NCBI GenBank assembly: GCA_964016885.1
Contig: OZ024747.1
Span: 32,798,001-32,862,000, forward strand
Direction of reading: 5' to 3'
DNA from: Eledone cirrhosa
Taxonomy: Eukaryota
DNA: 64,000 bases
Shown here: positions 53,716 through 64,000 of the stretch, piece after piece
Numbering within the stretch: the first letter of the stretch is position 1
Layout: the number at the start of each line of letters is the position of its first letter
Program-made: the position numbers and the translations under genes
The notes under the pieces: model-generated
What the model saw: the letters and a program-made list of their open reading frames with translations, nothing else
The model's database searches: none
What the model was told of the DNA's origin: nothing

Positions 53716-56700
53716 CAAAGTTAGATATAATATAAGAAGGCTTTAGGCTGCGTTAAACATATATTAGATTGGAACAAATAAAGTTTAGTCAAATGTTTGT
53801 GGACATATATATTTATTGTATAAAGTAATTTCTCAATTGTGAATGCAGATGTCATCAAATGAATACATAATTGTGTGGCAAAGTTTATAGTGTATGCATG
53901 GAATACAAAATTACCTTTGTTAGTTGTCGAAACTTTACAGGCGTTATATTTTCTGTGCAAAGTACAACAGAATGTAACGTGTTCTTATTTAGAATTGTCT
54001 GCAGAACTGGATGCATGTTGAAAACGACTAGTAAGCGAGTTCACTCTGTGAGGAAACTTTAGGCGACTTTAAAGCTTTTGTGAGGACAGCAGATTAAAAC
54101 GTGTTCTCTATTAAAAACATTCTACTAAACTTACGTTGTGAGAAAAACGAACTGACCCTGTCTCTCGGCTGAAAGACCTCGCTGAACAGAAGTTTTCAGT
54201 TTAAAGTTATGCTGTTATCGACCAACATTTACTTGCTCGTGATTGGTTAATTTCTAAGTTCAATTAGTGTATTATCAGTAGTAGTCAAATTCTCGGAATT
54301 CAGAAAAATATGTTTTTCCAAGGATTGATGTGATATTGAAAGTATTCAATTTTCACGAATCTATGAACAGTCTTTTTCTGCTAATTCAAGTGAGAAACTG
54401 AAAGTAGTGTTTTCCACGAATTGGAGTGGTGAACCTGTGTACACCACAATAGTACTCGTTCATTTATACATTGCACTTTTGGCATTTTCTTTGCACCTTT
54501 TTCAAAAAACCTCAAATAATGTAAATATTTATTTTTTTTAAGGAACCCGGAGTGTGTTTTACGGAACCCTAAGGTTCCGTGGAACCCATGTTGGCGACCA
54601 CTGCAGTATATCATTATCACAATAATAAACAATATATCATTATCAGTGTAATATACAGTATGTCATTATCACAGTAATACACTATATCATTATCACAGTA
54701 ATACACAATATATCATTATCGCAGTAATACACAGTATATCATTATCAGTGTAATATACAGTATACCATTATCAGTGTAATATACAGTGTATCATTATAAG
54801 TGTAATACACAGTATATCAGTATACATTATAATACAGTATATCATTATCACAGTAATACACAGTATATCATTATCACAGTAATACACAATATATCATTAT
54901 CACAGTAATACACAATATATCAATATCACAGTAATACACAATATATCATTATCAGTGTAATTCACTGTATATCATTATCAGTGTAATATACAGTGTATCA
55001 TTATCAGTGTAATACACAGTATATCAATATAACAGTAATACACAGTATATCATTATCACAGTAATACACAGTATATCATTATCACAGTAATACACAATAT
55101 ATCATTATCACAGTAATACACAATATATCATTATCAGTGTAATATACAATATATCATTATCACAGTAATACACAATATATCATCATCACGGTAATACACA
55201 GTATATCGTTATCGGTGTAATATACAGTATATCAATATCACAATAATACAAAGTATATTATTATCAGTGTAATATACAGTATATCATTATCACAGTAATA
55301 CACAGTATGTCATTATCATTGTAATACACAATATATCATTATCACACAAATACACAATATATCATCATCACGGTAATACACAGTATATCATTATCGCAGT
55401 AATAAACAATATATCATTATCACAGTAATACACAGTATTTCATTATCACAGTAATACACAATATATCAATATCACAGTAATACACAGTATATCATTATCA
55501 GAGTAATACACAATATATCATTATCAGTCTAAAACACGGTATATCATTATCACAGTAATACACAGTATGTCATTATCAGAGTAATACACAATATAACATT
55601 ATCACAGTAATACACAATATATCATTATCAGAGTGATACACAATACATCATTATCACAATAATACACAATATATCATTATCAGGCTAAAACACGGTATAT
55701 CATTATCAAGGTAATACACAGTATATCATTATCAGAGTAATACACAATATATCATTATCACAGTAATACACTATATATCATTATCACAATAATACACAAT
55801 ATATCATTATCACAGCAATACACAATATATCATTAGCACAGTAATACACAGTATATCAATATCAGAGTAATACACAATATATCGTTAGCACAGTAATACA
55901 CAATATATCATTATCAGAGTAATACACAATATATCATTATCCCAGTAATACACAATATATCATTATCCCAGTAATACACAATATATCATTATCACAGTAA
56001 TACACAGTATATCATTATCAGAGTAATACACAATATATAACTATCATAGTAATACACAATATATCATTATAGAGAGTAATACACAATATATCATTATCAG
56101 TGTAACACACAATATACCATTATCACAGTAATATACAGTATATCATTATCACAATAATACACAATATATCATTATTACAGTAATACACAATATATCAATA
56201 TCACAGTAATACACAATATAGCATTATCAGTGTAATACACAATATATCATTATCACAGTAATACACAGTATATCATTATCACAGAAATACACAATATATC
56301 ATTATCAGTGTAATACACAGTATATCATTATCAGTGTAATACACTATATATCATTATCACAGTAATACACAGTATATCATTATCAGTGTAATACACTATA
56401 TATCATTATCACAGTAATACACAGTATATCATTATCACAGTAATACACAGTATATCATTATCAGTGTAATAGACAGTATATCATTATCAGTGTAATACAC
56501 CTTATATCATTATCACAGTAATACACAATATATCATTATCAGTGTAATACACAGTATATCATTATCAGTGTAATACACAGTATATCATTATCAGTGTAAT
56601 ATAAAATATATCATTATCCCAGTAATACACAGTATATCAATATCAGTGTAATACACATTATATTATTATCAGTGTAATACACAGTATATCATTATCACAG

Positions 56701-57517
56701 TAATACACGATATATCATTATCACAGTAATACACAGTATATCATTATCACAGTAATACACAGTATATCATTATCACAGTAATACACAGTATATCATTATC
56801 AGTGTAATATACAATATATCATTATCAGTGTAATACACCGTATATCATTATCAGTGTAATACACAGTATATCATTATCAGAGTAATACACAATATATCAT
56901 TATCAGTGTAATACACAGTATATCATTATCAGTGTAATACACAGTATATCATTATCAGTGTAATACACAGTATATCATTATCAGTGTGATACACAGTATA
57001 TCATTATCAGAGTAATACACAGTATATCATTATCAGAGTAATACACAGTATATCATTATCAGAGTAATACACAGTATATCATTATCACAGTAATACACAG
57101 TATATCAATATGAGAGTAATACACAATATATCATTATCACAGTAATACACAGTATATCAATATCACAGTAATACACAGTATATCATTATCACAGTAATAC
57201 ACAATATACCATTATCTCAGTAATACACAGTATATCATTATCAGAGTAATTCACAATATATCTTTATCAGTATAATACAGAGTATATCATTATCACAGTA
57301 ATACACAATATACCATTATCTCAGTAATACACAGTATATCATTATCACAGTAATACACAGTATATCATTATCAGTGTAATACACAGTATATCATTATCAC
57401 AGTAATACACAATATATCATCCTCACAGTAATACACAGTATATCATTATCACAGAAAAACACAGTATATCATTATCAGGTTAATACACAGTATATCATTA
57501 TCACAGTAATACACAGT

Positions 57518-59633
57518 ATAGGCAGTATGGATGTTGTGTCCCTGTATCCATCTATTGACGTGGATTTTGCTGTGGAGAAATGCGTAGAAATGATCAGTGA
57601 GAGCAAGGTTGAGTTCCGTGGGATTGATACCAGTGAGTTGGGACTTCTACTTAAGCTTACCTATAGTAATAGTTACCTAGACACATATGACCTTAGCAAC
57701 CTGTGCCCTACAAGACCAGCAAGAGGCAGACCACCTACCATTACCTCAATGGCCAAGAAAACCCACACAGATAGATGGAACGGGTGGACCAGAGCCATAC
57801 GGACACCCGAAAACCACGATGAACTGAAGAAAACTATTGCACATGCGGTAGGGGCCAGCATAAATCTAACCCTTAAGGAACATATGTTCAAATTTAATGG
57901 AAAAACATATGCCCAAGAGGAAGGAGCAGCCATTAGTGTTAGCATTGCAGGCGACATAGCTAACTTATTCATGGTATGGTGGGACAGTAGACTTAAACTT
58001 AAACTTAAAGAACAATTAGAAGACAGCTTAACCCTGATAATGTACTCCCGCTACGTAGATGATATAAACATCGTAGTTAAGACACCCCACTAGAGAACAG
58101 TCATGGAAAGCATCCAGCAAATAGCAAACTCCATCCACCAGAGCATTAGAGTTACTATAGACTACACAAGTAGACACCCCAACCATCGATTACCTGTACT
58201 AGACACAGAGCTCTGGTTAGATACCATTAACAACCAAAAACAAATCCTCCATTCCCATTATGCCAAACCCATGACTTCCAAACATCTGATCTACCGAAAC
58301 TCGGCCATTTCGGACCATACCAAAATCAACATACTGATTGCGGATTTGGTACGGGTGATGAGAAATGTGTCCCGCATGTGCAACCCCGAAGAACTAGAGA
58401 GACACATACAACACTTCATCCACCGTATGCAGTTCTCTGGCTACAATCAGAGAGATAGAATCAGAGTGTATAGAGGAGCCAGAACCAAATGGGAAAAAAT
58501 GGTAAGTAATGACATAAATGGGACCTGCCCCTTGTATAGGAGCAAATTTTGGAATAGAATAGAAAGAACTAGGAACAAGGCTAATAGAATAAACTCATGG
58601 TATGATAGCAATAAATACCAGAGTGTAATGTTCATCGATACAACCCCTAGAGGCGAACAAGCCTACAAATTTAGAAGGGCCCTAAATAAACATAAACTCA
58701 ATATTAAGATAGTAGAAAGACCAGGTACCTCCGTAAAAACACTTATTAGCAAGACATACCCTTTTCAAAGACCCTCATGTATAGATAAGAAATGTATAAC
58801 CTGTAAAATAAGCCCCCATATTAACTGTAAAACTAGAAATGTAGTGTATAGCATAAGATGTACTGCAGGACAATGTAGAAACAAAAATATAGTGTACATA
58901 GGTGAGACAGCTCGTAGTATAGGGGAACGGATAAATGAACACTGGCGAGACCTTCAAAATAATAAAGAACCATCTGTACTCTACCAACATGCTAAGATAG
59001 AACACAAGGGTAAATTGGAGAACATAGAAATAAAAATAGAATCTACACACAGAAAAGATGCAATGTTTAGACCAATTACAGAGGCAATAAACATAAAAGA
59101 ATTACAACCAAAATTAAATAGAAAATATGAGTGGAACAGCAACATCACAACTTACAATTAAGGACAAAATGAAAACACACACACACATAGAACAAACAAC
59201 CAACCAATAACATGTAAATAAATAAATAAATAAACAAATAGATGAATGAACATAAACACACACCGACACCCGGATGTGGCGCATGCGCAAACTGAGCACA
59301 CAACACACACACAGAAACAAAATGGCGTAGGACAGAACAAAGGAGAGGCACAGAAACACAGAAAGGAATACCCAGTCACTGAAGAGGTCACAGAGTGTGT
59401 GACGAAAGGACTATGACTATATATAAACAACTATCTGGTTGTGGAACCAACCAACCAACTAGAAATTTATAAATTTATAAATTTGTAAATTTATAAATAT
59501 ATAATAAATTGAAGTGAAAGCAACTGGTGCGTGTGTTTCTTATTGGCAACATGACCCTCCCAAAATATAACAATATCGGTTTCAACACACGATTTCAGAT
59601 AAAGAATCTTGCTAAACAAATTCAGAAACGAAA
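57518..59633 (+). mobile_element. 5'-truncated Penelope-like element (RT, Cys-rich linker, GIY-YIG), copy 1 in satellite
   Basis: GSMDVVSLYPSI, YSRYVDD, CIDKKCITC, RNVVYSIRC..YIGETAR. One in-frame stop at 58091-58093, caused by 1-nt + 20-nt deletions relative to the 30-31 kb copy. Confidence 0.95.
59374..59418 (+). ncRNA. Minimal type I hammerhead ribozyme in the PLE 3' repeat
   Basis: AGTCA-CTGAAGA-G-GTCACA-GAGTG-TGTGAC-GAAAG-GA-CTA-TGACT: stems I and II are perfect, stem III is very short, CUA triplet. PLE pseudo-LTRs are known to carry such motifs. Confidence 0.8.
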
Positions 59634-61043
59634 CACAATATATCATTATCACAGTAATATACAGTATCTCTTTATCACAGTAATACACAGTATATCATTA
59701 TCAGTGTAATATACAGTATATCAATATCACAGTAATACACAGTATATCATTATCAGTGCAATATACAGTATATCAATATCACAGTAATACACAATATATC
59801 ATTATCAGTGTAATATACAATATATCATTATCACTATAATATACAGTATATCAATATCACAATAATACACAGTATATTAATATCAGTGTAATATACAGTA
59901 TATCATTATCAGTATAATATACAGTATATCATTACCACAGTAATACACAGTATGTCATTATCATTGTAATACACAGTATATCATTATCAGTGTAATAGAC
60001 AGTATATCATTATCAGTGTAATACACCTTATATCATTATCACAGTAATACACAATATATCATTATCAGTGTAATACACAGTATATCATTATCAGTGTAAT
60101 ACACAGTATATCATTATCAGTGTAATATAAAATATATCATTATCCCAGTAATACACAGTATATCAATATCAGTGTAATACACATTATATTATTATCAGTG
60201 TAATACACAGTATATCATTATCACAGTAATACACGATATATCATTATCACAGTAATACACAGTATATCATTATCACAGTAATACACAGTATATCATTATC
60301 ACAGTAATACACAGTATATCATTATCAGTGTAATATACAATATATCATTATCAGTGTAATACACCGTATATCATTATCAGTGTAATACACAGTATATCAT
60401 TATCAGAGTAATACACAATATATCATTATCAGTGTAATACACAGTATATCATTATCAGTGTAATACACAGTATATCATTATCAGTGTAATACACAGTATA
60501 TCATTATCAGTGTGATACACAGTATATCATTATCAGAGTAATACACAGTATATCATTATCAGAGTAATACACAGTATATCATTATCAGAGTAATACACAG
60601 TATATCATTATCACAGTAATACACAGTATATCAATATGAGAGTAATACACAATATATCATTATCACAGTAATACACAGTATATCAATATCACAGTAATAC
60701 ACAGTATATCATTATCACAGTAATACACAATATACCATTATCTCAGTAATACACAGTATATCATTATCAGAGTAATTCACAATATATCTTTATCAGTATA
60801 ATACAGAGTATATCATTATCACAGTAATACACAATATACCATTATCTCAGTAATACACAGTATATCATTATCACAGTAATACACAGTATATCATTATCAG
60901 TGTAATACACAGTATATCATTATCACAGTAATACACAATATATCATCCTCACAGTAATACACAGTATATCATTATCACAGAAAAACACAGTATATCATTA
61001 TCAGGTTAATACACAGTATATCATTATCACAGTAATACACAGT

Positions 61044-63159
61044 ATAGGCAGTATGGATGTTGTGTCCCTGTATCCATCTATTGACGTGGATTTTGCTGTG
61101 GAGAAATGCGTAGAAATGATCAGTGAGAGCAAGGTTGAGTTCCGTGGGATTGATACCAGTGAGTTGGGACTTCTACTTAAGCTTACCTATAGTAATAGTT
61201 ACCTAGACACATATGACCTTAGCAACCTGTGCCCTACAAGACCAGCAAGAGGCAGACCACCTACCATTACCTCAATGGCCAAGAAAACCCACACAGATAG
61301 ATGGAACGGGTGGACCAGAGCCATACGGACACCCGAAAACCACGATGAACTGAAGAAAACTATTGCACATGCGGTAGGGGCCAGCATAAATCTAACCCTT
61401 AAGGAACATATGTTCAAATTTAATGGAAAAACATATGCCCAAGAGGAAGGAGCAGCCATTAGTGTTAGCATTGCAGGCGACATAGCTAACTTATTCATGG
61501 TATGGTGGGACAGTAGACTTAAACTTAAACTTAAAGAACAATTAGAAGACAGCTTAACCCTGATAATGTACTCCCGCTACGTAGATGATATAAACATCGT
61601 AGTTAAGACACCCCACTAGAGAACAGTCATGGAAAGCATCCAGCAAATAGCAAACTCCATCCACCAGAGCATTAGAGTTACTATAGACTACACAAGTAGA
61701 CACCCCAACCATCGATTACCTGTACTAGACACAGAGCTCTGGTTAGATACCATTAACAACCAAAAACAAATCCTCCATTCCCATTATGCCAAACCCATGA
61801 CTTCCAAACATCTGATCTACCGAAACTCGGCCATTTCGGACCATACCAAAATCAACATACTGATTGCGGATTTGGTACGGGTGATGAGAAATGTGTCCCG
61901 CATGTGCAACCCCGAAGAACTAGAGAGACACATACAACACTTCATCCACCGTATGCAGTTCTCTGGCTACAATCAGAGAGATAGAATCAGAGTGTATAGA
62001 GGAGCCAGAACCAAATGGGAAAAAATGGTAAGTAATGACATAAATGGGACCTGCCCCTTGTATAGGAGCAAATTTTGGAATAGAATAGAAAGAACTAGGA
62101 ACAAGGCTAATAGAATAAACTCATGGTATGATAGCAATAAATACCAGAGTGTAATGTTCATCGATACAACCCCTAGAGGCGAACAAGCCTACAAATTTAG
62201 AAGGGCCCTAAATAAACATAAACTCAATATTAAGATAGTAGAAAGACCAGGTACCTCCGTAAAAACACTTATTAGCAAGACATACCCTTTTCAAAGACCC
62301 TCATGTATAGATAAGAAATGTATAACCTGTAAAATAAGCCCCCATATTAACTGTAAAACTAGAAATGTAGTGTATAGCATAAGATGTACTGCAGGACAAT
62401 GTAGAAACAAAAATATAGTGTACATAGGTGAGACAGCTCGTAGTATAGGGGAACGGATAAATGAACACTGGCGAGACCTTCAAAATAATAAAGAACCATC
62501 TGTACTCTACCAACATGCTAAGATAGAACACAAGGGTAAATTGGAGAACATAGAAATAAAAATAGAATCTACACACAGAAAAGATGCAATGTTTAGACCA
62601 ATTACAGAGGCAATAAACATAAAAGAATTACAACCAAAATTAAATAGAAAATATGAGTGGAACAGCAACATCACAACTTACAATTAAGGACAAAATGAAA
62701 ACACACACACACATAGAACAAACAACCAACCAATAACATGTAAATAAATAAATAAATAAACAAATAGATGAATGAACATAAACACACACCGACACCCGGA
62801 TGTGGCGCATGCGCAAACTGAGCACACAACACACACACAGAAACAAAATGGCGTAGGACAGAACAAAGGAGAGGCACAGAAACACAGAAAGGAATACCCA
62901 GTCACTGAAGAGGTCACAGAGTGTGTGACGAAAGGACTATGACTATATATAAACAACTATCTGGTTGTGGAACCAACCAACCAACTAGAAATTTATAAAT
63001 TTATAAATTTGTAAATTTATAAATATATAATAAATTGAAGTGAAAGCAACTGGTGCGTGTGTTTCTTATTGGCAACATGACCCTCCCAAAATATAACAAT
63101 ATCGGTTTCAACACACGATTTCAGATAAAGAATCTTGCTAAACAAATTCAGAAACGAAA
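61044..63159 (+). mobile_element. Penelope-like element, copy 2 in satellite (apparently identical, +3526 bp)
   Basis: Identical ORF translations and junctions to copy 1. Confidence 0.95.
62900..62944 (+). ncRNA. Minimal type I hammerhead ribozyme (duplicate)
   Basis: Identical to 59374-59418. Confidence 0.8.
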
Positions 63160-64000
63160 CACAATATATCATTATCACAGTAATATACAGTATCTCTTTA
63201 TCACAGTAATACACAGTATATCATTATCAGTGTAATATACAGTATATCAATATCACAGTAATACACAGTATATCATTATCAGTGCAATATACAGTATATC
63301 AATATCACAGTAATACACAATATATCATTATCAGTGTAATATACAATATATCATTATCACTATAATATACAGTATATCAATATCACAATAATACACAGTA
63401 TATTAATATCAGTGTAATATACAGTATATCATTATCAGTATAATATACAGTATATCATTACCACAGTAATACACAGTATGTCATTATCATTGTAATACAC
63501 AGTATATCATTATCAGTGTAATAGACAGTATATCATTATCAGTGTAATACACCTTATATCATTATCACAGTAATACACAATATATCATTATCAGTGTAAT
63601 ACACAGTATATCATTATCAGTGTAATACACAGTATATCATTATCAGTGTAATATAAAATATATCATTATCCCAGTAATACACAGTATATCAATATCAGTG
63701 TAATACACATTATATTATTATCAGTGTAATACACAGTATATCATTATCACAGTAATACACGATATATCATTATCACAGTAATACACAGTATATCATTATC
63801 ACAGTAATACACAGTATATCATTATCACAGTAATACACAGTATATCATTATCAGTGTAATATACAATATATCATTATCAGTGTAATACACCGTATATCAT
63901 TATCAGTGTAATACACAGTATATCATTATCAGAGTAATACACAATATATCATTATCAGTGTAATACACAGTATATCATTATCAGTGTAATACACAGTATA

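Larger units (their letters stand above)
51150..54603 (-). mobile_element. Full-length hAT (Buster-type) DNA transposon
   Basis: TIRs CAGTGGTCACCAAC / GTTGGCGACCACTG; 8-bp TSD CAGTATAT at 51142-51149 and 54604-54611 (nnnTAnnn); subterminal GGAACCC repeats. Confidence 0.95.
43997..64000. repeat. 26-bp satellite ATATCATTAT[CACA/CAGT/CAGA/CTCA/CCCA]GTAATACACA[G/A]T, interrupted by transposons
   Basis: Hundreds of tandem units; continues past the window end. Confidence 0.98.

Noticed and set aside
58091-58103. Programmed readthrough between the two in-frame Penelope ORFs
   Set aside because: Comparison with the 31.3-kb copy shows the stop arises from 1-nt and 20-nt deletions, i.e. decay.
43997-64000. 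26-bp array as a CRISPR array
   Set aside because: Units are head-to-tail with no unique spacers, no cas genes, and the context is eukaryotic.

Overview
AT-rich eukaryotic, repeat-dominated DNA with no confidently identifiable intact host gene. The SINE/RTE repertoire and dense (TA)n/(CA)n tracts look like a cephalopod (octopus-type) genome; this is inference. The window contains a ~6.9 kb GGT-rich minisatellite (9.3-16.1 kb) and a >20 kb 26-bp satellite (44 kb to the window end). The satellite hosts a Buster-type hAT transposon with intact ends and an 8-bp TSD, plus a 3526-bp tandemly amplified unit made of a Penelope-like element and satellite. Also present: three RTE LINE copies, R4/Dong-like fossils, Helitron-like non-autonomous elements, MITEs, many tRNA-derived SINEs, and fold-back palindromes at (TA)n. 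The most notable signal is a set of type I hammerhead ribozyme motifs. Two of them (4639-4761 on -, 21137-21246 on +) share an unusual, large, two-hairpin branched insert in stem II with a conserved CCGA. One of these lies in a ~704-bp non-coding element with a terminal redundancy, which suggests a retrozyme-like (circular RNA) non-autonomous family mobilised by Penelope-like elements. All structures and alignments were read by eye; no folding or database search was run.
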